Positions 48,701-57,878 of a DNA stretch of 64,000 nt are shown piece after piece. Below the pieces are notes generated by a model, which ran no database searches, was not told the DNA's origin, and worked only from the letters and a program-made list of their open reading frames with translations. Position numbers and translations under genes: made by a program. The DNA comes from Candidatus Latescibacterota bacterium. GTDB taxonomy: Bacteria; Latescibacterota; UBA2968; UBA8231. The stretch's first letter is position 1, and every line of letters begins with the position of its first letter. The stretch lies in contig OZ242005.1 in NCBI GenBank assembly GCA_965204725.1, positions 672,001 to 736,000 on the forward strand, given 5' to 3'.

Positions 48701-48838
48701 ATCGGCGGCAAGTGGGAACTCATTGATAAAGCTACGATGGAAAACCACGGTTTTGTGAATTGCGACAAAGAATGGTGGCACTATACGCTTAAAGACGAAC
48801 CTTATCCAGATACATACTTTGATTTTCCTGTAAGGTGA
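48701..48838 (+). pseudogene. Degenerate WG repeat fused in frame to the C-terminus of a VanX/DdpX D-Ala-D-Ala dipeptidase
   Basis: IGGKWELIDK-ATMENHGFVNCDKEWWHYTLKDEPYPDTYFDFPVR*; EWWH..L..EPYP..YFDFPV is the VanX/DdpX C-terminus. Confidence 0.75.
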
Positions 48839-48999
48839 TGGACGTTATGCGGTCGGCAGCCTCATGGAACCGACCCCTTGGTACGCTCTAACGCCTAACG
48901 GACGGTACGCCGCTTTTGTCCCCAACGACCCACGCCTGTATCCTTTTCGCTACACGCCAACGCCGCCGATCCCCAGCCCGCCCCTATGAGCCGCCGCCG

Positions 49000-49015
49000 T
49001 GGCACGATTCTTGCC
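49000..49015 (+). promoter_or_regulatory. Sigma54 -24/-12 promoter upstream of Rpn gene
   Basis: TGGCACGATTCTTGCC matches TGGCACG-N4-TTGC. Confidence 0.6.
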
Positions 49016-49060
49016 GGTTGTGGATACCATCCCACCCCACCCGCAACCAAGGCAGGACCC

Positions 49061-49972
49061 ATGGCCGAATTCGATTCCATCGCCAAACACCTCATCCACA
49101 CCTATCCTGCAGACTTCGCCCGCTTCGCCCTCCAACAAGACGACATCCAAGTCCTCGGCGTCGTCGATACCGAGCAGCCCACCGCCGAAACCCACCGCAC
49201 CGACAGCCTCATTCGCGTCCACGTCGGCGGCGAGGAGGTGCTGGTCCACCACGAGTTCCAAACCACCGACAGCAAACCCCCCATGCCGCGCCGCATGATC
49301 GGCTACATCGGACGCGGCATTGAGCAACACAACCGGCCGATCTATTCCAACGTCATCTATCTCCGCCCAGACGCTGGCCGGAATGATCCGGGGCACTATG
49401 TCCAAGAGCGGCACGGCTACCGCGTATTAGTGCAATACAAGGTCATTCGGCTGATCGAGATCGACGGCCAACGCATCCTCGACGCGGGACCTTCGGGCTT
49501 GCTGCCGTTTGCGCCGCTGATGCAGCCGCCCGCAGGCGTCGATGCCGAGGGCTGGTTGCGCCAGTGCGTCAACCGAGCGCAACAGGTGCCGATGGACGAG
49601 AGCCGCAAAGCCAATTATCTAGCCGATCTTGCGATGTTGAGCGGGTTGGTGTATAACTTAGAGACGATTATGACCATCATTGAGGAGGAGACCATGTACG
49701 AGTCGTCGGTAGCGCAGTATTTCACGGAAAAGGGGATTAAGCAGGGCATTGAGCAGGGCATTGAGCAGGGCATTGAGCGAGGCGGCCGAGAACGCGCTAT
49801 TGAGGATCTGCTCGAAGTGCTAGAGATTCGCTTTGGGTTGGCTGGGTCGGACCCGTTGGCCGCCCGCATTGAGGCCACCGACGATGTGCAGCGTCTCAGG
49901 CAGTTGTTTCGGGCAGCCATACAGGTGCCCAGCCTTGAAGCCTTTAGGCTCCTGTTAGACCAAGCCGAGTAG
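49061..49972 (+). CDS. Rpn/YhgA-like PD-(D/E)xK nuclease
   Basis: FDSIAKHL, RTDSL..HHEFQT, MPRRMIGY, LLPFAPLM, (IEQG)n repeat, LEIRFG; start set at MAEFDS. Confidence 0.82.
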   Translation: MAEFDSIAKHLIHTYPADFARFALQQDDIQVLGVVDTEQPTAETHRTDSLIRVHVGGEEVLVHHEFQTTDSKPPMPRRMIGYIGRGIEQHNRPIYSNVIYLRPDAGRNDPGHYVQERHGYRVLVQYKVIRLIEIDGQRILDAGPSGLLPFAPLMQPPAGVDAEGWLRQCVNRAQQVPMDESRKANYLADLAMLSGLVYNLETIMTIIEEETMYESSVAQYFTEKGIKQGIEQGIEQGIERGGRERAIEDLLEVLEIRFGLAGSDPLAARIEATDDVQRLRQLFRAAIQVPSLEAFRLLLDQAE

Positions 49973-50093
49973 GGCACCGCATAATATCGTTCCCAACCCG
50001 TTCAATCCTTCCACTCGGCGAGGAACTCAAGCGCGTCTTGCTGGCCGGACGCCTATATCCACGCCGTCCGCTATGCCAGCGAGCCAATAGTAG

Positions 50094-50432
50094 TCAGATA
50101 AACTTGCTCGGAGGGACCGCAAAAATCAGCGCGAGTCTTTTCGCCATGTTCTTGCTAATAGGACGCGAGCCCCGTTCCATATTGGAAATGTGCTGCCGAG
50201 GGAGGCCGCCTAGCTTTTCGCCCAACTGCGCTTGAGTCCAGCCGCGATTATCCCGATAAATTTTGAGATTATCGCCGGGCGTCATGCTCGATTTTATTTG
50301 GCGATACCATTCCGTCGCAAAGACGTTTGCGAGTTCATCGCCAAATTCTTCTTTGAGAACGGAAATGAGTTTGGGCGGAATGTCCCCTTGAATCTGGAGC
50401 TCAATACGGGGCGTTTTCACGACTGCCTGCAT
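50094..50432 (-). CDS. XRE-family HTH protein (HigA-like antitoxin)
   Basis: TPGDNLKIYRDNRGWTQAQLGEKL..HISNMERGSRPISK..AKRLA; start set at MQAVVKTP. Confidence 0.85.
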   Translation of the reverse strand: MQAVVKTPRIELQIQGDIPPKLISVLKEEFGDELANVFATEWYRQIKSSMTPGDNLKIYRDNRGWTQAQLGEKLGGLPRQHISNMERGSRPISKNMAKRLALIFAVPPSKFI

Positions 50433-50484
50433 AATAGACCTCGATAAGGACGGGGAGGCTACGCTTGACGACGACCTCATACAT
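50401..50484 (-). pseudogene. Probable internally deleted toxin relic (27 aa)
   Basis: MYEVVVKRSLPVLIEVYYAGSRENAPY* overlaps the antitoxin start; ends resemble RelE/HigB-like toxins ending IEVYYAGSRENAPY (recalled, not searched). Confidence 0.6.
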
Positions 50485-50506
50485 ACAGAAGTAAAGTAAC
50501 TGAAAA

Positions 50507-50910
50507 ATGAATTCAAAGCGCGAAATGACTGCCGAGGTTTTGGCGCGGCTCTTCCAAGAGCGCAGCCAGAGCCGCGTCATTCGCTTCGACGAATCAGTGG
50601 TGCCCCGCACCTCGCCAGATGACCTCGACGAGGAGTTGACGCGCCGGTTTTTCCGCGAAGACGCCGAACTGACCGAGGATACTTTGCACAAGCTCCGCAT
50701 CGTCGCTGGCGACGAGGACGGCGTCGCACACCTCACGCTCGCGGGCGTTCTATTCCCTGTTGGCGCGTTGCCCAGCCCCGGCCGATCTTGGACGGACGCA
50801 CTTGATGGATCGGCGCGGCGACGGCGTACCGATTATCCGCGCCGAGTGCCAACGGCTCGCAGGTCGCCTCCCCGAGTATAGCCTGATTGACGACAGCGAG
50901 CTGCTGTTGG
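50507..50910 (+). pseudogene. Relic of a Schlafen/AlbA_2-HATPase_c_4 (RecG C-terminal-like) protein
   Basis: SKREM..LARLFQERSQSRVIRFDE..LTLAGVL, then in another frame RRGDGVPIIRAECQRLAGRLPEYSLIDDSEL; N-terminus and middle missing. Confidence 0.55.
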
Positions 50911-51028
50911 TAATTTGGGAAGCCTTGCCTTAAGCGGCCGTCTCAACATCCCGACGCTCTGAGGATACTTCGCCAGAGGCGACAGCCGCTCAGGGTTTTC
51001 ATAAACTTCTAAACCACGGAGTCTCATT

Positions 51029-51994
51029 ATGCTACCGGCCTACGCACTTTTAGTTGGTCTCCTACTAACCGCCTGCGCCGCTGAACGAGAAGCACCCCCA
51101 GCCGAAGCCCTGCCCAAGGTCCAACTCGCGCTCAACTGGTTCCCAGAAGCCGAACACGGCGGCCTATACGCGGCGGCCGTCCACGGCTACTATGAAGAAG
51201 GCGGCGTTGAGGTCGAAATCCTCGGCGGCGGCCCGGACGCGCCGGTCGTCCAGCGCGTGGCTACCGGCGCGGTCGCCTTTGGCATAGTCAACGCCGACGA
51301 CATCCTCTATGCCCGCGCCCAACAAATCCCCGTGGTCGCGCTCATGGCTTCCTACCAGATCAGCCCGCACTGCATCATGGTTCACCAGAGCGCGGGTATC
51401 GACTCCATCTCGCAAATCAAAAACATCACCTTGGCCCTAGCCCAACGCCCGGCCTTCTCGCACTATCTGCGCTGGAAATACTCATTTGAGGGCGTCACCA
51501 TCGTCCCCTACCCCGGCAACGTGGCTCAATTCCTCGCCGACGAGAATTTCGCCCAGCAGGGCTACGTCTTCAGCGAGCCTTTTGTCGCCAAAGCCAAGGG
51601 GGCCGACCCCAAGGCCCTGCTCGTAGCCGACACCGGCTTCAACCCCTATGCCAGTGTGCTCATCACCACGCAAGAGCGCGTCGCGGCCGCGCCCGAACTC
51701 GTCGGTGCCGTAGTCCGCGCCAGCGTCAAAGGCTGGGAGCAATACCTCGCCGCGCCCGAGGAGACCAACCGACATATCAACGCGCTCAACCCCGAGATGG
51801 GTATGGACATTCTCGCCTATGGCGCGGCCGAATCCATCGCCATGATTCTCGACCCGGTCGCCCAACAAAACGGCCTCGGCAGCATGACCCTGCAACGCTG
51901 GCAGGAGCTATTGGACCAAATGGTGACCGTCGGCCTAATCAAAGACGGCGTCGTCCAAGCCGCAGCGGTCTTCACCAACCGCTTCTTACCCTAG
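51029..51994 (+). CDS. NMT1/THI5-like ABC substrate-binding lipoprotein
   Basis: Lipobox LTAC, LNWFPEAEHGGLYAA..GYY, FTNRFL. Confidence 0.9.
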   Translation: MLPAYALLVGLLLTACAAEREAPPAEALPKVQLALNWFPEAEHGGLYAAAVHGYYEEGGVEVEILGGGPDAPVVQRVATGAVAFGIVNADDILYARAQQIPVVALMASYQISPHCIMVHQSAGIDSISQIKNITLALAQRPAFSHYLRWKYSFEGVTIVPYPGNVAQFLADENFAQQGYVFSEPFVAKAKGADPKALLVADTGFNPYASVLITTQERVAAAPELVGAVVRASVKGWEQYLAAPEETNRHINALNPEMGMDILAYGAAESIAMILDPVAQQNGLGSMTLQRWQELLDQMVTVGLIKDGVVQAAAVFTNRFLP

Positions 51995-51997
51995 CCC

Positions 51998-52798
51998 TTG
52001 GCCTTTTTGCAGGACATCGCGCTCGGCCGCTACATCGCGCTCGATTCGCCGATTCACCGCCTCGACCCGCGCACCAAGTTGGGGGCCGTTTTCGCGCTGA
52101 CGCTGGCGGCCTTTGCAGCACCCAATGCCCTCGCCCTGCTGCTACTTGGGGCCTTCCTGCTTTTGGCCACCGTTTTGGCGCGGGTGCCTTTGGGCCTCAT
52201 GCTGCGCCAGCTCAAAACCTTTGCTTGGCTCTTCCTGTTCACCTTTGGCCTCCACGCGCTGCTCACGCCGGGCCGAGCTGTCTTGTCGTGGCCCTTTTCC
52301 GAGCACGTTCTGACGGCCGAGGGCCTGCGCTTGGGTGCCTTCTTTACTGCGCGGCTGGCCGCGGCCATCGTCGCCGCCACGCTCTTGACCCTGACCACCG
52401 CGCCGATGGAGATAACCAGCGGCCTCCAGCGCTTCTTCAGTCCCTTGCGCCGCTTCGGCTTTCCGGCGGGCGACATGGCGTTGATGATCGCCATGGCCCT
52501 GCGGTTTATTCCCGTCCTCCTCGACGAAGCCGAGCGCCTACACAAAGCCCAATTAGCGCGCGGAGCCGACTTTAGCGGCCCTTTTCTGCGCCGCATCAAA
52601 AGCCTCGTCCCCTTGCTCGTGCCCCTCCTCCTCGCGGCCTGTAGCCGGGCCGACCGCCTCGCCTTGGCTATGGAGAGCCAGTGTTACTCCTGCGGGACGG
52701 CGCGCACACACTATCGCCCGCTTCGCTTTGGCCGCGCCGACGGCCTAGCCGCCTTGGCCGCCCTCGGCTTGGTCGCGCTCGTGTATTATTTGCAGTAA
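51998..52798 (+). CDS. Energy-coupling factor transmembrane component EcfT/CbiQ
   Basis: SPIHRLDPRTK, ALRFIPVL, AQLARG, LALAMES. Confidence 0.9.
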   Translation: MAFLQDIALGRYIALDSPIHRLDPRTKLGAVFALTLAAFAAPNALALLLLGAFLLLATVLARVPLGLMLRQLKTFAWLFLFTFGLHALLTPGRAVLSWPFSEHVLTAEGLRLGAFFTARLAAAIVAATLLTLTTAPMEITSGLQRFFSPLRRFGFPAGDMALMIAMALRFIPVLLDEAERLHKAQLARGADFSGPFLRRIKSLVPLLVPLLLAACSRADRLALAMESQCYSCGTARTHYRPLRFGRADGLAALAALGLVALVYYLQ

Positions 52799-52801
52799 GC
52801 G

Positions 52802-53560
52802 ATGCGGACTCTGCGCTTGGTAATCGAATACGACGGCACCCACTTCGCCGGTTGGCAGAGCCAAAAGAGCGACCGCACCGTGCAAGACGCGCTCGAACAA
52901 GCCCTGCACATCCTGCTCAAAGAGCCAACTCGCCTCATCGGCGCGGGCCGCACGGACGCCGGCACCCATGCCTTCGGGCAGGTGGCTCATTTCCAGACGG
53001 AGGCCGCGCTGCCCGCCGACCGGCTGGTCCGCAGCCTCAACGGCCTATTGCCTCCAGACATTGCCGTGTACGCCGCCGACGAAGTCGCCGCCGACTTCCA
53101 CGCTCGCTACAGCGCGACCCGCAAGCGCTATCGCTACCGCATTCACCAAGGCAAGGCCGCAGTCAACCGCACTCAGGTGTGGACTTATTACTCAGCGCTG
53201 TCTTTGACGCCCATGGCGGCGGCGGCGCGCGCGCTCTGCGGCAACCGCGCTTTTGGGGCCTTTTGCAAACAAGACCCCGTCCCCGAACAGCAGACCTGCC
53301 ACGTCTTTGACGCGGGCTGGTCCGAACGCGGCCCCGAGCTGGTCTTTGAAATTGAGGCCAACCGCTTCCTCCGCCACATGGTGCGGATCCTCGTCGGCAC
53401 GATGGTTGAAATCGGCCGCGGCCGCCGACCGCCGACCGCCATCGCCGAGCTGCTCGCCAGCGGCGACCGCACGGCAGCCGGCGTCACAGCCCCGGCGCGC
53501 GGCCTTTGCCTGTTGTGGGTGGCATACCCCGATGGCCGACGCGGAAATGGGCGGACCTAA
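52802..53560 (+). CDS. truA: tRNA pseudouridine(38-40) synthase
   Basis: YDGTHFAGWQ, GRTDAGTHA, FHARYSA, FLRHMVR. Confidence 0.96.
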   Translation: MRTLRLVIEYDGTHFAGWQSQKSDRTVQDALEQALHILLKEPTRLIGAGRTDAGTHAFGQVAHFQTEAALPADRLVRSLNGLLPPDIAVYAADEVAADFHARYSATRKRYRYRIHQGKAAVNRTQVWTYYSALSLTPMAAAARALCGNRAFGAFCKQDPVPEQQTCHVFDAGWSERGPELVFEIEANRFLRHMVRILVGTMVEIGRGRRPPTAIAELLASGDRTAAGVTAPARGLCLLWVAYPDGRRGNGRT

Positions 53561-53866
53561 ATGGGCAAGAAATTCCAGCGACGCCGCGAAAACTTTACCT
53601 GCGTACATTGTGGCTTCCCCGCGCAGGGCAATGGCTACACCAATCACTGCCCCGAATGCCTCTGGAGCCAACACGTCGATGTGAACCCAGGCGATCGCGC
53701 CGCGCACTGTCGCGGCTCAATGGAGCCGGTGGGATTTATCATCAAACGCGGCACTTATATCCTCATCCACCGCTGCACCGAGTGCGGCATTACCAAAAAG
53801 AATAAAGCCGCCAAAAACGACCGCTTTGACGCGCTCCTTCGCCTAGGCGGCAAACGGCCGGACTAG
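53561..53866 (+). CDS. RNHCP domain protein
   Basis: FTCVHCG, TNHCPECLWSQHVD, PGDRAA.C.G.M. Confidence 0.85.
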   Translation: MGKKFQRRRENFTCVHCGFPAQGNGYTNHCPECLWSQHVDVNPGDRAAHCRGSMEPVGFIIKRGTYILIHRCTECGITKKNKAAKNDRFDALLRLGGKRPD

Positions 53867-53890
53867 CCGCCCGGCGAGATAGCGATATAC

Positions 53891-53920
53891 TTGCAACAAT
53901 GGGTGTGATTATTATATAAT
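53891..53920 (+). promoter_or_regulatory. Sigma70-type promoter for htrA operon
   Basis: TTGCAA-18 nt-TATAAT in AT-rich spacer. Confidence 0.55.
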
Positions 53921-53953
53921 TTCCTAAGTGAACGACACTTACTTTGATGCTGG

Positions 53954-54004
53954 TGTTGTCGCTGCGTCCGGGGCCGAGGGCAAGATGCCCTCGATCCTTG
54001 GAAG
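53954..54004. repeat. REP-like dispersed repeat, copy C (single hairpin)
   Basis: gctgcgtccggg-ccgagggcaagatgccctcgatccttggaag; lacks first hairpin of copies A/B. Confidence 0.75.
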
Positions 54005-54034
54005 TTGGCGAAATTCATTCCCCGAGGTCCAACC

Positions 54035-55135
54035 TTGCCCTTTATCTGGTCTCTCGCGCTGCTGGCATTGGCTCTGAGCCATGCCGGCGCGTCCATTAGC
54101 CAGTCGCGCCGCACAGCCGTAGTGCGGGCCGTAGAGCGGGTGCAGCCGGCGGTCGTCAGCCTCTACGTGCGCTACCGACAGCGCGTCTATAGCCTATACC
54201 GGCAGCGCGACCCGTACTGGAACTTTTTCTCGCCGTTCTACTTCGTGCCCCAAGATCAATACCGCACCTCCACCGGCTCGGGATTTATCGTCGATGGCGA
54301 GGGCTACATTCTCACCAATAGCCACGTCGTCGGCGATCCCCGTCATCTACAGAAAATCACAGCCTCGCTGCCCGCGCCCGACAGCCGCACCTTTGAGGTC
54401 CGCTACGTGGCCTCCGACTCCAACTTCGACCTCGCGATCCTCAAGGCCGATGAAGGCAACCTGCCGGTTGCGCCGCTGGGGACTTCGGGCGATATTCTGG
54501 TCGGCGAATGGGCCATTGCCATCGGCAACCCGTTCGACTTGGGGCCTACCGTCAGCATCGGCGTCGTCAGTGCCCTAGATCGCGACTTTCCCGAACCCCA
54601 AGGCGATTACTTCTATCTAGACATGATTCAGACCGATGCAGCCATTAATAGAGGCAATAGCGGCGGTCCCCTCGTCAATGCCGACGGCGAAGTCATCGGT
54701 ATCAACAGCTTCATCTACACCGGCAGCGAGTACGACAGCGGCTCCATCGGCATTGGCTTCGCCATTCCCATCGACACGGCCGCCAGCTTCCTAGAGGAAA
54801 TTCGCCAGCACGGCCAAGTGCGCCGCGCTTGGACCGGCATCCTAGCGGTCCAAGACATCACCCCGAATCTAGCGGAGTACCTACGGCTCGCTTCCACCGA
54901 CGGCGCCCTAGTCGTCCGAGTCGCTCGCGACAGTCCGGCCGAACTAGCCGGCCTCGAAAGCGGCGATGTGATCGTCGCGATCAACGACGAGCCGATCGCC
55001 AACGCCGACGAAGCCATCGACGTGCTGCGCGTCTTGCGCGTCGGCGAAGTCGCCACACTCAACGTGGTGCGCCACAACGAGCACTACACCCTAGACCTGA
55101 CCCTCGAAGAGCGTCCCCACCGGACGCGCCGCTAG
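54035..55135 (+). CDS. HtrA/DegP-family serine protease with PDZ domain
   Basis: GSGFI, LTNSHVV, DLAILK, IQTDAAINRGNSGGPL, PDZ; start uncertain (54005 or 54035). Confidence 0.93.
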   Translation: MPFIWSLALLALALSHAGASISQSRRTAVVRAVERVQPAVVSLYVRYRQRVYSLYRQRDPYWNFFSPFYFVPQDQYRTSTGSGFIVDGEGYILTNSHVVGDPRHLQKITASLPAPDSRTFEVRYVASDSNFDLAILKADEGNLPVAPLGTSGDILVGEWAIAIGNPFDLGPTVSIGVVSALDRDFPEPQGDYFYLDMIQTDAAINRGNSGGPLVNADGEVIGINSFIYTGSEYDSGSIGIGFAIPIDTAASFLEEIRQHGQVRRAWTGILAVQDITPNLAEYLRLASTDGALVVRVARDSPAELAGLESGDVIVAINDEPIANADEAIDVLRVLRVGEVATLNVVRHNEHYTLDLTLEERPHRTRR

Positions 55136-55153
55136 CGACAGAAGGATGCGAAA

Positions 55154-55849
55154 ATGAGGCAGTTCATACCCAACGCGTTCACCATCGGCAACTTGTTCTG
55201 CGGGTTCCTCGCCCTGCACTACGCCTTCAACGGCAGCTACGTGCCAGCCGCTTGGCTCATCTTCTTGGGCGCGGTACTCGACAAAATGGACGGCCAACTC
55301 GCCCGGGTCATGGGGCGCGACTCCCAGTTTGGGCTCCACTTTGACTCCATCGTCGATGCCTGCACCTTTGGCGTTGTACCGGCTGCCATCATCTATCAGG
55401 CTCACCTGCCAACCGGCTGGGGGCTGGCGCTGGCCTTTGCGTTTCTGCTGTGTGGGGCCATGCGTCTGGCCCGCTTCAACGCGCTTAGCCTAGCCGGCGA
55501 GCGCGGCGAATTTTACATGGGGTTGGCCATTCCCACGGCTGCGGTCTGCCTCACCCAATACGTGGTCTTTGTCAAAGCCTGGCCCATCCCCCACGCCACG
55601 CCGCTGGCCGTGCTCCTGATTTTGGTGCTGTCCTTCCTGATGGTTAGTCGGCTCGCGTACGACAGCGTTCCCAACTTTCGCGGCACCTCCCTCAGCGACC
55701 GCTTCAAGCAGCTTTACTTCATCACCACGATCGGGCTGATCATTTACGACGGCATCTTTTTCTTTCCCATGATCCTCGTGTATGTCCTATCCGGGCCTTG
55801 TCGCTGGGTCTTCCGGCTTTTGCACGACGACGTCACGCAACACGCCTGA
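55154..55849 (+). CDS. pssA: CDP-diacylglycerol-serine O-phosphatidyltransferase
   Basis: IPNAFTIGNL, DKMDGQLAR, DSIVD..FGVVP, RLARFN. Confidence 0.85.
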   Translation: MRQFIPNAFTIGNLFCGFLALHYAFNGSYVPAAWLIFLGAVLDKMDGQLARVMGRDSQFGLHFDSIVDACTFGVVPAAIIYQAHLPTGWGLALAFAFLLCGAMRLARFNALSLAGERGEFYMGLAIPTAAVCLTQYVVFVKAWPIPHATPLAVLLILVLSFLMVSRLAYDSVPNFRGTSLSDRFKQLYFITTIGLIIYDGIFFFPMILVYVLSGPCRWVFRLLHDDVTQHA

Positions 55850-55855
55850 GTTATC

Positions 55856-56137
55856 ATGACGCACGACAAGCCCCTCAGCCACCTCATCCTCATCCTCTTC
55901 ACCTGTATGATCGGCGCCAACCTCGTCGGCGAGTTCCTGCGGTTCCTCCTCATCGGCCTAGTCGGCCCCGACACCATCGTCGAGCTCGCCCTCTTGCGCT
56001 ACGTGGAGTATTCCATTGGGCCGCACATGCTCAACCTCATCATCCTGTCCTTTTCGTTTGAGCTGTCGCTAAAGTTCAACTTAATCACTATGTTGGGACT
56101 CTTCGTCGGCTGGTACTACTTCCGCCACAGCTACTAA
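55856..56137 (+). CDS. Small membrane protein (DUF4321-like)
   Basis: Two hydrophobic segments, LNLIILSFSF..KFNL..LGL. Confidence 0.55.
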   Translation: MTHDKPLSHLILILFTCMIGANLVGEFLRFLLIGLVGPDTIVELALLRYVEYSIGPHMLNLIILSFSFELSLKFNLITMLGLFVGWYYFRHSY

Positions 56138-56161
56138 AAACATCTTTCGGGAGATGGAGCC

Positions 56162-56398
56162 ATGTTCGGTATGGGCCATTGGGAAATACTCATAATTTTC
56201 GTCGTCATTCTGCTCATCTTCGGCGCCAAGCGCATCCCCGAGATGGCGCAGGGCTTAGGCAAGGGCATCCGCGAGTTCCGCACCGCCATGCGCGACGTGC
56301 AGGACGAAATCGAGGCCCCCAAGCAACCCACTCAGCCCACGGCCCCTCCGGCCCAGACCGAGGCTCAGTCCAACGACAAAGACCAAGCCGCCTCCTAG
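56162..56398 (+). CDS. tatA: Twin-arginine translocase TatA/E
   Basis: EILII..LLIFGAKRIPEMAQGLGKGIREF. Confidence 0.95.
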   Translation: MFGMGHWEILIIFVVILLIFGAKRIPEMAQGLGKGIREFRTAMRDVQDEIEAPKQPTQPTAPPAQTEAQSNDKDQAAS

Positions 56399-56407
56399 CC
56401 TCCTAAC

Positions 56408-57853
56408 ATGGCGCTCAACCAAGCCACGGCCCACGAACTCAGCGCTCGCCTGCAACGACGGGAAATCACCGCCCGCCAGCTCGTGGAGGCCGCGCTCGAC
56501 CGCATCGGCGCAATTGACGGCCAAATCAACGCGTTCATCAGCGTAGAGGCCGAGGGCGCGCTAGCGCATGCCGACGACATTGACCAGCGGCGCGCAGCGG
56601 GCGCGGCTTTGGGGGGGTTGGCAGGCATTCCCTTGGCGCTCAAGGACGTCCTCTGCGTCCGCGGCGGGCGCACCACCTGCGGCTCGAAAATCCTCGAACA
56701 CTTCATTGCGCCCTACGACGCGACGGCCGTCGAGCGGCTGCGCATCGCCGACGCCATCTTCATCGGCAAGACCAACATGGACGAGTTCGCCATGGGCTCG
56801 TCCTGTGAAAACTCCTATTTCGGCCCCACCTTAAACCCCTGCGACCCCGAGCGGGTGCCGGGGGGCTCCAGCGGCGGCTCAGCCGCGGCCGTAGCGGCCG
56901 ACGAGACCATCCTCGCCCTCGGCTCAGACACCGGCGGCTCCGTGCGCCAACCAGCGAGCTACTGCGGAGTCGTCGGCCTCAAGCCCACCTACGGCCGCGT
57001 CTCGCGCTACGGGCTTATAGCCTACGCTTCTTCGCTCGACCAAATCGGCCCGGTGACCAAAGACGTCGAAGACGCCGCCCTCCTGCTCCAAGCCATTGCT
57101 GGGCACGATCCCCGCGACTCAACTTCGAGCACCGCACCCGTGCCCGACTATCGGGCCGCGCTCAAAGGGACTATCTGCGGCCTGAAAGTGGGCTTGGCCC
57201 GCGAGCACTTTCCCGCCGCGCTCGACGCGGAAGTAGCCGCGGCCGCTCAAGATGCAGCCAACGCCCTCGTGGATGCCGGGGCCGAGCTGGTGGAGGTCCA
57301 GCTACCGGTGGCCGGCCACCCTGAATACTGCATCAGTACCTATTACATCATCGCCATGGCCGAGGCATCGGCCAATCTGGCGCGCTACGACGGCGTCAAA
57401 TACGGCTATCGCGCCGAGGGCAGTGCCGACCTGCAAGCGATGTATTTGCAGACGCGCAGCGAGGGCTTTGGCGCCGAGGTACAGCGCCGCATCATGCTCG
57501 GCACCTACGCCCTGAGTGCCGGCTATTACGACGCGTACTACCGCAAGGCCCAACAGGTACGCACCCTGATCCGCGAGGACTTTGCCCGCGCTTTTACCTC
57601 CTGCGACATCCTGATCTCGCCGGTGGCCCCAACCCCCGCCTTCCGCCTCGGCGAACAGCTCGACGACCCCTTGCAGATGTACCTCAACGACATCTACACG
57701 GCCTCGGTCAATCTCGCCGGGATTCCGGCCATATCCGTGCCCTTTGCCCACAACCGCGCGGCCTTGCCCATTGGCGTCCAGCTGTTGGCCCCCCCTCTCA
57801 AAGAGGCTCGCCTGCTGCGCACAGCCCATGCCCTAGAGCGGGCAGCCGCCTGA
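56408..57853 (+). CDS. gatA: Asp/Glu-tRNA amidotransferase subunit A
   Basis: [50 protein letters not shown]. Confidence 0.96.
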   Translation: MALNQATAHELSARLQRREITARQLVEAALDRIGAIDGQINAFISVEAEGALAHADDIDQRRAAGAALGGLAGIPLALKDVLCVRGGRTTCGSKILEHFIAPYDATAVERLRIADAIFIGKTNMDEFAMGSSCENSYFGPTLNPCDPERVPGGSSGGSAAAVAADETILALGSDTGGSVRQPASYCGVVGLKPTYGRVSRYGLIAYASSLDQIGPVTKDVEDAALLLQAIAGHDPRDSTSSTAPVPDYRAALKGTICGLKVGLAREHFPAALDAEVAAAAQDAANALVDAGAELVEVQLPVAGHPEYCISTYYIIAMAEASANLARYDGVKYGYRAEGSADLQAMYLQTRSEGFGAEVQRRIMLGTYALSAGYYDAYYRKAQQVRTLIREDFARAFTSCDILISPVAPTPAFRLGEQLDDPLQMYLNDIYTASVNLAGIPAISVPFAHNRAALPIGVQLLAPPLKEARLLRTAHALERAAA

Positions 57854-57878
57854 AATAGCAAACACCGGAGATCAAACC

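Noticed and set aside
49061-49972. Active transposase
   Set aside because: Rpn/YhgA proteins are often annotated as transposases, but there are no terminal repeats or target duplication here.
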